The notes: generated by a model not told the origin, from the letters alone. DNA of 64,000 bases from Leucoraja erinacea (GCF_028641065.1 NC_073396.1:10044001-10108000); one strand, 5' to 3'; counted from the stretch's first letter, positions 1 through 13,344 are shown. Translations and numbers: made by a program.

Positions 1-85
1 CTGCGCCACTGTGTCGGCTCGTGGTTTTCTTATAACCAATGTGGCTTCATATAGCTGAAGGTTAATTTCTCTTGTCATTACATAC

Positions 86-261
86 TGTTTGCCAACACAA
101 TGGTGCTTTTGTTACTGTGTTCTGCTTTTCCATGGATTTCAGCACATCTTCGTTTTCTTTCTGCATGGCCTGGAAAACCACTGACGCAGATACATCTGGA
201 TCCTTCACATAGCATGTATTCCTTCTTGCTGCAGAAAGTACCCTCTCATGGCACTCTTGAT
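86..261 (-). CDS. KATNIP: KATNIP exon, (N)QECHERVLSAARRNTCYVKDPDVSASVVFQAMQKENE...
   Basis: Resembles human ERPLSATRK...ASAVLQAIQVEN; ttttttcag| ... |gtatgt; phase 1 to 0. The gene continues beyond the window start. Confidence 0.88.
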
Positions 262-658
262 CTGAAAAAAACCCACTTGATTATTAAATAAACTAATAAT
301 ATGTTTTTAAGGTCCAATATCAATAATGTAATTATTGAGTTATGCAAAGGAATGTAAAGTCTCGAAACAGGAGGATCCAGGTTTTCAAAGAGGGCTCTGA
401 TAAATATGTGTAGAGTAAATGTGTTTAGCCTAGTCTGACATTTTATCAATCATGTTATTTAGAAGACATTGGAAAATATGAATTTGAAATCTAAATGCTG
501 TGGCATATATGCACCTTCAATTTATTTTGCGAAAAAAAAAATCAACATGATTCCATATTCTAAGTTTATACTGTTATACACGCTTATAAGACAGCAGGGT
601 GACACTTCTAAAGATAAAATGCTCTGTTTGTATCGCCCTACATCAAAATGAACCTTAC

Positions 659-802
659 TTGAAATCAGGTTTGCTTGTCGGTTAGAAGCAGGAGTTGCAG
701 TACGATCAAATGATTTACTTTTCACTAGAAGAGGTTTCATAGGAATGTAGGATGAGACATCATCTTTTCTTGCCACTGCTAGAAGTTGTTCTTTGCGTTT
801 GC
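659..802 (-). CDS. KATNIP: KATNIP exon, (S)KRKEQLLAVARKDDVSSYIPMKPLLVKSK...
   Basis: Resembles human HKRERNLSAKRKDNAEVFVPTKP; cag| ... |gtaagg; phase 1 to 1. Confidence 0.88.
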
Positions 803-1631
803 CTGTAGATAGATGCATTGATGAATAATTTGTTATTTACGGATTTATCTTACCTTGTTATTAGATAGATCAGGAGTTTAATTAATTCTATTCTCGCCTA
901 AAATTCTTACCTGAAAGAAAACACAATGTAAATTGTCCCTATAGTAGAGGATAGTGCTAGAGTAGGGGGATCATTGTTCAGCACAGATTCAGTGGGCTGA
1001 AGGGCCTAGTTCTGTTCTGTATCTCTAAACTAAACACCCTTTCTGAACTTCCATCCACAGTTAGTACTCTGCATTTTTTTTCCTCTTCATCCTAATTGCC
1101 CTGATACTGCCAAATTATTTTGAACACCACCTTTGAGGATAACTATCCCATAATATATGCTGTAACTGATTTATGTTAGATCCAATAATATCATGTGTTA
1201 TACAAATTATATTCGAAAGTACAAGAAATGTCCATTTGGAGATTTGGCATGTTGCTAACTAAACTACTGAACTTCTACAAAGTTCATTATCAATGACTGC
1301 ATTTTATTAGTCACACTTTATAGAACTACGATGCAAAATGAATCTTACCACCTTGTCCTTCCCTAAAAACTCAGTTGTTTTTTTTGTGGTGTTTCAAGAA
1401 ATATCACAAAACAGTTATATTTCAGTCATGTTGTTTAAAATACACACACTTGTTACTAAAACACATCACATTATTTTGCATTCCATATATCGTCAGTATT
1501 TAAAAATTGCCAAAGGTATTAATCCAAAACATTATTATCAATCATGCTGTGTATAAAAACAATACATGTACATTTAGAATTCTCGTAATGGCAGAATAAA
1601 ACAATAGGTTTATCAAATCTTATAAACTTAC

Positions 1632-1778
1632 TTTTCGTATTAGGACCAAAATCAAGGACAATCAGATCACCAGGGCGTAGTTTTGCCTCGGGGTTTTTCT
1701 GGAAAAATTCTTTATTAAGCTGCATATCTTTCAAAGTCTCGGTTGGCTCTGGAGTTTCAATCTGCTCCAAAATGTCAT
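1632..1778 (-). CDS. KATNIP: KATNIP exon segment b, (D)DILEQIETPEPTE...KLRPGDLIVLDFGPNTK
   Basis: Resembles human EDILSEPEPE and PGPDTLVVLEFNPASKS. The 3' donor is A|gtaagt; the 5' boundary is a putative ctctgcactcacag| acceptor. Confidence 0.75.
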
Positions 1779-1881
1779 CTGTGAGTGCAGAGTGACTGTC
1801 CGTTTAGCAGCCTCACAGATCCCAGTGGTAGGAAGCTGTTTAGGGCCTCTGGTCCGTTCTTTTAAGCTCGATATCTCTTGC

Positions 1882-2023
1882 CTGTCGCTCGTTTTCCAGG
1901 TGGAGTTTGATCTTCTTCGCATTGTCCTTGGCCATCCTGCGAATTGGAGTTCTCATTGGCATTGCTTTTCTCCTCCTCATTGAGCTGGAGATCATCAGAC
2001 TGCTGCAGGCTTTTTCTCAATAG
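1882..2023 (-). CDS. KATNIP: KATNIP exon segment a, LLRKSLQQSDDLQLNEEEK...
   Basis: tag| acceptor, and the start resembles human ELRRSLELSVNLQ. This frame hits TAA at 1864-1862 unless spliced at the GC donor CAG|gcaaga (1881). Confidence 0.6.
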
Positions 2024-2070
2024 CTAATACAACAGGTGATCATAAATAAAGAACTAACAAATACAAGAGA

Positions 2071-2720
2071 AAGTAAGCAGTTAAGATGATGATCATTTGT
2101 GTCTTTCACGCTTACAAAAGACTTCAGTCCAATGTTACAGAGTTGATTAACAACTAAAATGTGGATGGACAACAAAATCAGAATTTCCCAAACTCCATGG
2201 TCATCGATATCTCTTTGATCAAGAGACTGGATTTAGTTTTTAGCTTTTTAGGCGCGTGGAAAACGAGGGTAGGGAGGCGCCAATAATCCTCTCTGCCTAC
2301 CCCAGAGCCTTCCTGTCCGAGCAGTTGCAGGTGCGACACGTATTGATGCGTACGTTACAGACTCCACCGTGCCCCTGTAGAAAGTCCACTCAGGAAGTGC
2401 AGTCGCTATCCCGTTTCACGGTCCCAGTGGTGTTCCTGGACCAGGTGAGGTTGTCCGTTATCTGCACACCGAGGAACTTTATGCTCTCCACTCTCTCCAC
2501 TGCAGTGCCACTAATGTTGAGCGGTGTATGCTCTGGCTGCGCCCTCCTGAAGTAAGCCGTTAAGATGACGATCATTGTGTCTTTCATGCTTACAAAAGAC
2601 TTCAGTCCAATGTTACAGAGTTGATTAACAACTAAAATGTGGATGGACAACAAAATCAGAATTTCCCAAACTCCATGGTCATATAATTTTCACTGGATTT
2701 AGTTTAGTTTAGGCGCGTAA
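2071..2720. repeat. ~130-bp direct duplication flanking a Rex1/Babar RT fragment
   Basis: 2071-2204 is nearly identical to 2550-2682. Between them, 2256-2550 (minus) encodes HTPLNISGTAVERVESIKFLGVQITDNLTWS followed by deletion-riddled RT sequence. Confidence 0.8.
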
Positions 2721-4477
2721 ACAGACCTACCGGGTCCATGCCGACCAACGTTCCCCGCACACTAACACTATCCTACACACACTACGGACAATTTACAATC
2801 TTACCAAGCCAAATTACCCTACAAACCTTTGGAGATCTAATGTAAAATGAGGTATTATATAGCACAGATTTTATAATTATAAAATAGGAACACAGATCCA
2901 CATGCGCAATTTGTATAATGATAATATATTAAAACGGTCATGCACACCTTAATATCTTGCATGTTTAGCAGTATTTTTTCATTGCCAGCATCACAGCATG
3001 TTTCAGACGTCCTTAATGGCTTTATGAAGGAAGACTCTGATAACGTACAAGAATTGCTTCTGTGTCTGGAAGAATTATTAGCAAGATTCTGCAAGGAATT
3101 TAGAAAAAGAAAATTTGCAGAGAAAAATTACATCTTGAAGCACAGGCAAACATTTGGTTCTGACCCAAACTGTGACCTAACCATGTCCTCCAAAGAAGCT
3201 GCCTGACCTGTTGAGTCACTCCAGCATGGTGTTTTTTTTTTGTTGCAAACCAGCATCTGCAGTTCTTTGTATACTGTGGACGGTTCGATTGCAATCATGT
3301 ACAGCCTTTCCGCTGACTGGTTAGCACGCAACAAAAGCTTTTCACTGGACCTCGGTACACGTGACAATAAACTAAATCATACCAAATCAAATCAAATATT
3401 TTTAATAAAACATTTAAAAATCACATTCCACGTTATCGAGCAGCATCTATTGTTGCCCAGCTCAACACTCTGGAATTATTGTAGCCCCATGTAATAGATT
3501 TCTGAAATTCTTGAACCACTTCATATTCTTGTAAATCCTATTTCAACTTCAACCTCTAACCAAGTACTTTTGTCAAAATTTCCACCAGGTTTGTGTGCAC
3601 TTGTATTTTACATGTCTATTGTGCCTAAGGACATACTTTTATTTTGAAAGTGCTATCTAAATCCAGGTTTGTATGGGATACATATCATTCTTAGATTATA
3701 AAGATATTTCTTCCTGCTAAAAAAGTAATTCTCCTGCAGTGCCTCTGTGAAGAGCTTGCAACCAGATAAATTAATTGAACGTTAGCAACAACTTTTGAGA
3801 TTCACGAATTTAGCCAATCTTAAATGAGATTGACTAAACTTAAACTTAATCAAAGGTTTGCCACACCAGAGAAGAAATAAGGGAAAATATGTATCTATTC
3901 AAATGGATGTTGAAAGCAATCATAGCCTCAGAATTTTTCTTAGGAAGGGATGAGAAGCATTTAGTCTACACTGTGAATTACCACAGAACTGTGGAGGCCG
4001 TCAATATTATAAGGCCAGAATAGAACATTAATAGTCAGGGGTTTGGGGAAAATGGGAATAGGGTTGTATTAGAATTGATTGAAGAAGCTTGATGGGCCGA
4101 ATGGCCTAATTTGTAATTTTGTGAGGATACAAATCAAAAACATTTGATTTGTCAAGACATTTTTGGAAATTTCATATAATCCTTAAAGTTTTTTGTAAGT
4201 TAAACTGTGATCGATTTATGGAAGGAAACATTTGCAAGAATTAAAATAAATTTTTCGCATTGGCTAGACTGTGGTAACATTATATATTATAATCCAGAAT
4301 TAACATTATTCATTTTAAAATGGGAATCTGTTGTTTTAAATTGGGAGAAGCTCATACAAACATTAAAGATCGCAAGAATTAAAATAAATTCGCCTGTTGG
4401 CCAAACATAACATTTAAGCTCGCAAGATACAACTTGTGTTGTGCGTTTTGTTTTGACAAAAAGAAAACATGAGTTAC

Positions 4478-4606
4478 CTGAGAGCAATTACACATTTCCT
4501 GTGGCTCCATATTAACACTTTCATAAACTTCAAAATCATTAGAGTAATCCACAGGTGAACCAAGGTGTAGCTGTGGACCTTTCTCTGTTTTAATATGGAC
4601 CGAAGA
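4478..4606 (-). CDS. KATNIP: KATNIP exon, SSVHIKTEKGPQLHLGSPVDYSNDFEVYESVNMEPQEMCNCSQ
   Basis: Matches human SVQIRTEAGPRLHIEPPVDYSDDFE; cag| ... CAG|gtaact; phase 0 to 0. Confidence 0.92.
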
Positions 4607-5471
4607 CTGTAACAAAATGCCAGTTATATAGATCAGAACAGGTAAATATTCTGACATTAAACTAGAACACCACACAATTTATTCTTCTGCTTACAATTTA
4701 GAATTTGATTGATTTTATGTGATTCAATCCACACTGTATTTCTATCAGGGCTCAAATATTTGCTTATATAATACTTTCTATATAGAAACATATACATTTG
4801 TTGATAAAAGTCCACACTGAAATCTATAACAACAAGAACTGAATAATGACAGAAATATTTCGATTAATTTTCACATTTTTAAATCATAAAGTGAAAATAG
4901 TAGTAAAAAAGTAAATTATTAAGTTGATTAAAGCGAATTCCAAGCTAACAAAATCCAACTTTGAAGTTATGTTATAGTTACTATATCCAGATCATACACT
5001 CTGCAAATGGGAATGTCGTTTTTAATAGCCGTCAATGATTCTACTGTCAGTCAAGATGAGACATCAGACAATAAATCTGTAATATACTGAAATCACAGAG
5101 GCAACCTCTCTCAAAAGTGTCATTAAACTGAGAAATACCCAAGAGATTTAACTCTCTAAAAACACTTAATATTACACTTGGTATTGCAGTAGTGTAGTTC
5201 AGAGACTGCCTCGACTGTGGGTTGGAGAGGGGGAGGTCACACAGCTGTCATTCATGTTCAGAACAAAAAATGACACAGACTTTAATATGCGGGAACTTTT
5301 ATAAAGGCCTGTCTGATTGTAACAAAGAATATTTAGTTTACTTTAGAGACACAGCAATGGAAACAGGCACTTCAGCACATCGAGTCCATACTGACCACCG
5401 ACAATTGTTCACACTAATTGCATTTTATATAACTAGTGTATTCTACAATGGTTTACTCCAATTGACTGTAC

Positions 5472-5581
5472 CTGCACCCAGCCTTTTCGCTGAACTTTGT
5501 CTGGAGCAGTTTGGGTTCTACGTTTTAGAGATTCTAATTCTTGTAGCTCTTCGGTATTGAACGGTGATCTTGAAGCAGAAT
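5472..5581 (-). CDS. KATNIP: KATNIP exon, (D)SASRSPFNTEELQELESLKRRTQTAPDKVQRKGWVQ
   Basis: Matches human RTAPSKVQRRGWHQ; tag| ... CAG|gtacag; phase 1 to 0. Confidence 0.92.
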
Positions 5582-5819
5582 CTAAAATTAATTTTGAATA
5601 CAAAAATTTTAATGGATAAATTAAATGTGAACACAGCTTATTGATTCACCTGATAACGTTTAAAACCAGTGAAATTCGTGGGTGGTAACTTCTTAAAGAT
5701 TTACATTTTAACATATTAGGTCCCATCCCATCCTCACCACAAGGTGCATTTGAATCATATAATTCCCGACCTTACAGCTGACTAGAAGGACTCAAGAAGA
5801 TGGCTCATGACCATTTTCG

Positions 5820-6135
5820 CACTGGCCACATGGGATGGGTTTGAGTCCCGGGGCCGTCGAGGGCAAAGGGAGACCCAGAGTGGAGGGCCATTGGGAACAA
5901 AAGGGCCCGGCGTGGGGGGACGGACGTCATGTACAATGGGAGATCGGGCCCAGAGGGCCGTGTCGAAAGGGGGGGGGGGGGAGGGGGTATGGGAAAGACC
6001 ACTGGGGCCAAATATGGGGTACTTTGTAACCTTTTCGGCACCCTTTACAGACACTTTGTATGCCTATGTATGCAAAACAAAGCATCTCACTGTGACTTGT
6101 CACATGTGACAGTAAAAGTATCCAATCTAATCTAA
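5820..6135 (+). mobile_element. G-rich non-autonomous retroposon with LINE-type tail; related copies at 22464-22770 (-) and 32625-32870 (-)
   Basis: Shared 3' end gggtactttgtaac...cactgtgacttgtcacatgtgaca(g/a)taaagta followed by a microsatellite tail. Confidence 0.6.
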
Positions 6136-7228
6136 ATGGCAGCCTAACTGGTGACACCCACAAAGAAATGAATAAACAAAGAAGAATTGAGATCGTGGGT
6201 GGGCAGGTCATATAGCCTGCTCCTATCCGTAACAACTTTCAGCTACCTACAGTTAAGCTCTCTTTACTCAATTATTGCACATTCATCGTCCTCTTCCCCA
6301 AAACATACTGGATTCCCTGTTCATATCTGGATCCACTAGTGACTGCTGAAACAACAGATACACTTCCATTGACTAATGCATGGAGTGTAAACACCATACA
6401 GTCAAGTTGGGTTGGCAAGGTCAATTTTATGTTCTTCATGATTTGTGTTCTGCTATCTTTCAGATGAGCTTTAATTTGAGCTCCCACCTGCTCTCTAAGA
6501 TGGATGTAAAAAAGATCCCTTCACGCCTTCTTGAAAGCAAGCATATTATTCCTGAAGCCTGGATCAATATTTATCCCACAATCATTAAAATCCAATTATT
6601 AGATCATTAATACATTAGTCTCTATGGACGTTTGTTGTGTGCAGATTGATTACTGACCGTGTTTCTTGCACTGCAACAGTGATTACTTTTCAACAAGCTC
6701 TTACAATAAAGCATTTTAAGATTATGAAATCCACTTTCAAATTCAAGTCTTTCTTCCTTGAATACAAAAGACCTTTGTAATTGCCTTCAGACTAAAGCCT
6801 CGACAAAATAAATGTGTCCTACCCTAAAAAGATCAGAAGACTGTAGATAAAACAACTTACTTTATTTCCTAAGCAAAGTAGCTACCAGGAATCAGTGAAG
6901 CAACAACGAAAAAGATAAAACTGAAAGATAGAGCATTTGAAAGGAAACTACTTCATATCAATAGACAATAGACAATAGGTGCAGGAGTAGGCCATTCAGT
7001 CCTTCGAGCCAGCATCGCCATTCACTGTGAACATGGCTGATCATCCACAATCAGTACCCCGTTCCTGCCTTCTCCCCATACCCCTCGACTCCGCTATTGT
7101 TAAGAGCTCAACCAGGTAATGATGGATCCCAGCACTGTCCAAAGTTCCCAGTGTCAGGCTATCTGAACCCTCCTGTCTCACAGGGAGGAACTATATTTGA
7201 GGTTTCCCAAACCTACCGTGTCAGAACC

Positions 7229-7537
7229 TTTAGACTTTAAAGACACAGCGCGGAAACAGGCCCTACGGCCCACCAAGTCCGCGCCGTCCAGCGATCATCC
7301 CGCACACTAGCACTGTCGTACACACACTAGGGGCAATTTACAATCTTTGCTGAAGCCAATTAACCTACACCCTGTATGTCTTTGGAGTGTGGGAGAAAAC
7401 CGGAGCACCCGGAGAAAACCCACAAAGGTCACGGGGAGAATGTACAAACTCTGTACCGACAGCACCCGTAATCCAGATCGAGCCCGGCTATCTGGCGCTG
7501 AGGCAGCAATTCTACCACTGTGTTACCGTGCTGTCCC
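7229..7537 (-). mobile_element. tRNA-derived V-core SINE with CR1-type tail
   Basis: tRNA-like head, core GGGTTTTCTCCGGGTGCTCCGGTTT, tail gggcctgtttccgcgctgt. Confidence 0.85.
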
Positions 7538-7803
7538 TAACCTGAAAGATCACGACCAAGCAACCGAAGATAGACACAAAAAGCTGGAGTAACTCAGTGT
7601 TCTAGTATCCTAGTGAATGTGCCAGGTACAAAAAAAATGAACAAAGTAAAAGTTCCATAAAGAAAGTTTTAAAAATTGCGATAGATATCAAAAAGGCACA
7701 AAATATTTTTTTGCAATCCCATTGAGAAAGAATGTGAGCAATCAAGAGCAACGTGGCCTAGCACAAAAATGGATGATGTGATGTTAGAAATGAAAATGTA
7801 TAT

Positions 7804-8080
7804 GGGGCAGCACAGTAGCACAGTTGTAGAGTTGCTGCCTTACGGTGCCAGAGACCTGGGTTCGATCCTGACTACGACTGCTGTCTATATGGAGTTTGTA
7901 CTTTCTCCCTGGTTTCTCCGAGTGCTCTGGTTTCCTCCCACACTCCAAAGATGTACAGGTTTGTAGGGTCATTGGCTTTGGAAAACATTGTGAATTGCCC
8001 CTAGTGTGTAGGATAGTGCTAGTGTATGGAATTGATCGCTGGTCGGCATAGACCCGGTGGGCTGAAGGGCCTCTAAAGTC
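7804..8080 (+). mobile_element. tRNA-derived V-core SINE
   Basis: Head with A/B-box-like gggttcgatcc, V-core and CR1-type tail; inverted relative to the 7229-7537 copy. Confidence 0.85.
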
Positions 8081-8589
8081 TGTAGTCTTAAGTAAAACAA
8101 GCAAACGACTGATGTACTGAATGATTACTCAGTGTTGATATTTACAGAACAGGACAACAATGCTATTAAGGGCATCTCCAGGAAACCAGTATTGATTCAG
8201 GGAAAAAGAACAGCAACAATGTGTGGAAGCAAACTACAGTGAAGAGAATAATGGGAAAAAGTGCGACCAATGCTCAGGATAAGGATTTTTTTCAACATAA
8301 CATATAAAGGAAGTAGGTGAGAACAAAGTGCAACATAATCACTTATAATCACAATCTATTACAGAGGCTGGAAATCATAAATAAAAGAGAAAACATTGGA
8401 AAGATTCAGGTTACAGTTTCAAGTGCATGACCTTTCATGAATCTGATAAGAATCTGTCTCTCAACTTTTATAGTTTCTGAAAGTTTTCACAATTTGAGAA
8501 TTGTTCCTTTAGGTTTAAGAAAAGCAGCAAGTTACAGACCAGTTAGCCACACGTCGCTTGTCAATAGTTAAAGATAGAGGAACTAAAAC

Positions 8590-9260
8590 ATTTAAGTTGA
8601 TCAGAGCAAGATAAAAGCGAGTAGATATGGGGAAAAAAATCAAATTGCTGCAGTAACTCTGCAGATCAGACAGCATATGGGAAATAGATTTAATTGGTGA
8701 CAAAGTGTGAGGTCATCAATTCTGGACCTAAAAAGACTAAAAGCAGTGGGGATCCAAAGAAAATTTGTGGTCGATGGAGATAAATAAAAAAACGTTGAGG
8801 GTACATACATAGCAGGTTGAATGCTGGCTCTTGCAGGTTATCTGGAATACGCGAGGAAAGTCATTATGCAACAGTTATACAAAGCCTTTGCGAGACTAGA
8901 GTACTGCAAGCAGGAGCTGACACAATATATAAAGAAGGATATATTGGCCTTAGAGGGAGGTTGTTGGGATGATGCTGGAGGCTGAACCACAAGATTATAA
9001 AAATATAATTGTGTTCAACGGAGTTAAGGGAAAATTGATTGAAGTTTTTATATTAAGAAAAACGCATTGTTTTTTACTGGTTGAGAGTCCAGGACAATGG
9101 AATTTACTTTAAACGCTCGTGCCTGTCTTTCAGATTCTAGGAAACATTCATAGACAAATATTTCTCACTCCTTTTCACAAACTTCAACTAAGTCGAGGTC
9201 AACTGGCAAACGTAAACTTCTGACCGAAAGCCTTCTGATAACTGATGATAATAATGGATA
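8590..9260 (+). mobile_element. Old CR1 LINE ORF2 3' relic
   Basis: Degraded CR1 RT C-terminal motifs (aaagtgtgaggtcatc, aaggatatattggccttagagg). Confidence 0.5.
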
Positions 9261-9378
9261 AGATACAGAGTCAGGCGCACAGAGGTTTGTGGAAAATAAG
9301 CCACAATGAATAACAGAAAATGGCACAAGATTTTGAGCCAAATTCCTATTTGCTTCTTCCTTAAATGTAATTACTCAC

Positions 9379-9527
9379 CAGCAGTCCATACCGCTCTTGA
9401 AGTTGCCTCTAATCTTGGTTGTCGCTTTAATTCAGAGTTGGCACCATTTATATAGATGGAAAACCCTTGCTCCAAACACTCCAGTTGGATCTGTTTGGAA
9501 TCTTTTGCCTTCAACCTTTTCAATAAT
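9379..9527 (-). CDS. KATNIP: KATNIP exon, LLKRLKAKDSKQIQLECLEQGFSIYINGANSELKRQPRLEATSRAVWTA
   Basis: Matches human ILKHLKSKDPVQLRLEHLEQGFSVYVNGANSELK; cag| ... |gtgagt; phase 2 to 1. Confidence 0.95.
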
Positions 9528-9759
9528 CTGAGTATAAAATAACAACATAAAAGGATTGCAAATGCTTTAAATCCAAAACTAAAATGAAAATTGCTGGAAA
9601 CACTTTGTTACGGCATGATAATACATAAATGAAGGAATGTAAAATGTTGTGAAATGTAAGGACAAAGGTATGACCCTACCTGTTTGCACCACTAGAAATA
9701 AAACGTCACAGGTCAAAGACATGTTGGAGAAATAGGTGGTTCTGATACGCAGAGAAACG

Positions 9760-10470
9760 AGTGAATTAAAATTATAAAACTCGACTTGGAGCCCAGAAAG
9801 CTCCAACATGTCCAGAGGTGAGGAGTTGCTTCCCAAATTAACATTAGCTTTGTTGTAACGATTTAGCAGCACACAGGCATATAGGTCAGGATGGAATTGG
9901 GATATAGAATTAAAGTGACAGGCAACAGGGAAGTCCAAGATGTTTGTGTTCAGAACACGTCCTGACTATGGGTGCTGCCTGCACGGAGTTTGTACTTTCC
10001 CCCAGTGACCGCATGCGTTTTTCCCGGCTGCTCCAGTTTCCTCCCACACTCCAAAGACGTACAGGTTTGTAGGTTAATTTGGCTTCAGTAAAAATTGGAA
10101 ATTGTCCATAGTGTGTAGGATAGTGCTAGTGTGCAGAGGTCGCTGGTCGGTGTGGGCTCGTTAAGAAGGAAGGAGGTGAAAGGACAGGTGGCGCCTCACC
10201 TGTAGTTACTTGGGAAAGTGCCACTCAGCGTCAATTGAGTGGGATGGAATAGGAGAACGGGATGTCACGGGTGAAACAGTCCCCTTGAAATACAACCAGG
10301 GAGAAATACAACCAGGAGAAAATCTGTCTGGTGTTGAAATCTAGAAGTTAGTGGAACTTAAACGATGATCTGATGGAGGTGGAATGCATAGTCCAGGGAT
10401 CTCCATCCTTGTTCTGTTCAGGAGGAGAAGGGGGGAGAGCAGAAATGGGCTAATACATGCGGCCAACTAC
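9760..10470 (-). mobile_element. Penelope-like element relic (GIY-YIG C-terminus) with an inserted SINE piece at ~9960-10160
   Basis: The peptide DFPVACHFNS...GLQVEFYNF is typical of the PLE endonuclease end; PLE linker-like sequence lies at 10190-10470. Confidence 0.6.
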
Positions 10471-12000
10471 AATGGGAGTAGTCAGCAAGAAAAATTGGGT
10501 AGCTTTTACATCACAAGTGCCAATCAGTTCCCACGTTGCTGCAAACTGTGTGTGTGCACATTTGAAGTGGCAGCACATTGAAAAAGACAGTGAAATAGTG
10601 GCATATGCGACGTGTGATTAGGAAGAGTCAAAGTGTGTGACATCAATTAATGGGCAATGCTGTTTTGATCTTAGCACTGCAATTAATGTGGCTAACGTCA
10701 GTGGATCCTGGATATAGGTACAAAACAATATAAAGTAACAATGGAAAAATTAAGTACAGAGTCAGTCATCATTTTACGGCAATGTAAACACTAACAGAGT
10801 CAGAGCATCTCACGGAAAGTATTGCTTGTTTCTACAGAAGGTTCCAATGGATAAACATTGTAAAATAATAATGGGAAGGGCAAGAACACAACATTCATAT
10901 TGACTCCTACAACTAGCTTTTGAGGGAACGTGTATATTCTGCTTACTGATAGGAAACTCATATGGAATTTAAACAGCAAATTTGAGCTGCATGATCCTCT
11001 TTCTTTCTGGATATTCAGGAACTCCATGGCAGGCTAGAACGTATAGGTCCATGGGTAGCAGCTAAAAAAAGTATCCCAATGGAAATGGACAAACAGGAAA
11101 AAGATTAAACTAATCTGTTCCCAGGCCTGCAACACAAACTGACAAGTTTTAATTCAGCAAGCTCTGGAAAGCTAGTCCCTATGCGAACAACACTGAACAG
11201 ATTGCAGATGTTCAGTAAATCCTATGTAATTATCCAAGCTAAAACACTCAACTTTAACAGTGGGGAGAAAATAATTGATTTCAATAACAAGGGTCAAAGT
11301 AGAAATAGAAGTGAAAGCCACAGGTGACATGACTATTGCTCACAGCTTTGCAGCACCATCTTTATAAGATGTGAAAAACAGTTAAAAAAATGCAATAGAA
11401 ATAAAAAGTAATTTGGTAATTTAGTCAATGCTTATATACTGGCAATAATCTTTAAAATGTAAATATATTAGACATTTAATGATTAACCAACGAGCATAAC
11501 TTTTTTAATTTTTGCCCTCCTCGCCAATTAATTTCTCTATGTAGATGGGGCATGTTGGCCGGCGTGGACTATTTGGGCCAAAGGACCTGTTTCGTAAATA
11601 AGCCGCTGCAATTCCTTGTTTCTACACCAACATCTATGTTTACTTTGCAATAATGCGAAACAATTAAAATATTGCAATGCAAGTACAATAGATAATTTAT
11701 TCATACATGCAGAATTTGGAAATGTGTTTATATAAATCAAAGAGAATCTCTAAATAAGACACATTTCTAGTCAACATAGCCAAATGTCAACAGTACGATA
11801 AGCTGAAAAAGACTATTGCGAAGAGATTTATTTCAGAAAATGCTGCAGATATAATTCAATAATAACAGTACTTATGATACACAGACATATTACCAACTCC
11901 ACCACTAAAATTTGGCTAGTCTTTTTCAAGAGCCTAGCAAATTAACTTTAACATTTGTACATCACGGAATGTACATCAGGATAAAAAGCATGAATATTAC

Positions 12001-12092
12001 CTGTTCCTGTATTGAAGTAGTATCAGGTGCTGATCATGTTTTTCATCAAAGTTCATTAAAGTATTTTGGTCAGGTTGATTTTCAGAAAATAC
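12001..12092 (-). CDS. KATNIP: KATNIP exon, VFSENQPDQNTLMNFDEKHDQHLILLQYRN(R)
   Basis: Matches the recalled human KIAA0556 motif DFDEKHDEYLILLQQRNR; tag| ... |gtaata; phase 0 to 2. Confidence 0.92.
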
Positions 12093-12429
12093 CTAAATAA
12101 TAAATAAAACTTTATTGTGCAACAGATTCACAACATTTTTTCCATTCTTCAAAAAATGGTTCAAGTTCTTTGACATATTTACTTAAAGAATGCTGGAAAT
12201 ATTTTACCAGTCAGGCAACATCTCCGAAGAAAGGAACAGAGTTAATATAAATGTGTACGTACAGATATACAAAATTAGGAGTTGATCACTTAGGCTCTTG
12301 AGCTAGCTTTACCTTAAGAGCCAGTCATGCAGCATTTACCCTTCTGCCCAATGCGTCCATGCATCCAAGAACCAGTTCCATTTGACTGTTTAGCCCATTT
12401 CCCTCAAACCTTTTCGATCCATATAGCTA

Positions 12430-12980
12430 AGCTCGGATAGTAGGGTGCAGAGAGGTGATCTTAGAGGTATATAAAATCATGAGGGGCATAGATAATATGA
12501 ACTGTCAACAGTTATTGTTTTCCCCTAGGGTAGGGGAGTCTAATAACTAGCAGACCTACATTTAAGATGAGAGGGAAAGCTTTGCACACAGAAGGTGGTG
12601 GTATGTGGAATGAGCTGCCAGAGGTAGTGGTAGAAACAGGTACATAGAAACATAGAAATTAGGTGCAGTAGTAGGCCATTCGGCCCTTCGAGCCTGCACC
12701 GCCATTCAATATGATCATGCCTGATCATCCAACTCAGTATCCCGTACCTGCCTTTTCTCCATACCCTCTGATCCCTTTAGTCACAAGGGCCACATCTAAC
12801 TCCCCCTTAAATATAGCTTAATTACAATTACAATATTTAAAAAACATTTAGATAGGTACATGGAAAGAAAAGATTTAGTAGGATGTCGGTCAAACACAAG
12901 CAAGTGAGACTAGCTCAAGTAGGCAATTTGGTCAGCAGTTGGTCCAAAGGACATGTATCCCTGCTTTATGACTCCATGGC
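12430..12980 (+). mobile_element. CR1 3' fragment with a nested minus-strand CR1 tail at ~12645-12815
   Basis: RGDL.EVYKIMRG-coding sequence and the gaatggcctact tail family. Confidence 0.7.
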
Positions 12981-13344
12981 TCTAAATTGTGCAGAACATA
13001 TATTTTTTAAATTTCATTGACCCCATGTATAAGAATTGCTGGTATTCTTCTAGAATCTGGACTATCCACAGCGTACCAATTCTCACAACTCTCTCGCTCA
13101 CATTTGCATCCATAAAGATTATAATCTATCATTCTGGTTTCTCCATTTTAATTTAATCTTTTCTGATTCACCTTTATCCTACTGAGATGATTTACGTTTA
13201 CATGGCATGAGGTTTACGCACTATTCTGGTTGACAGAGACCTTGACATTGTCCATCCCATTATCCACATTTTTACCTCTCACTTCTGCTTATGAAAACTC
13301 TTTTGTTTTTTCATCTTCCCATGTCCTAACTCCATTCCCAGGTT

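Noticed and set aside
2940-3206. Helical-looking 88-aa ORF antisense within a KATNIP intron
   Set aside because: No recognisable homology, and it runs into a repeat; probably chance.
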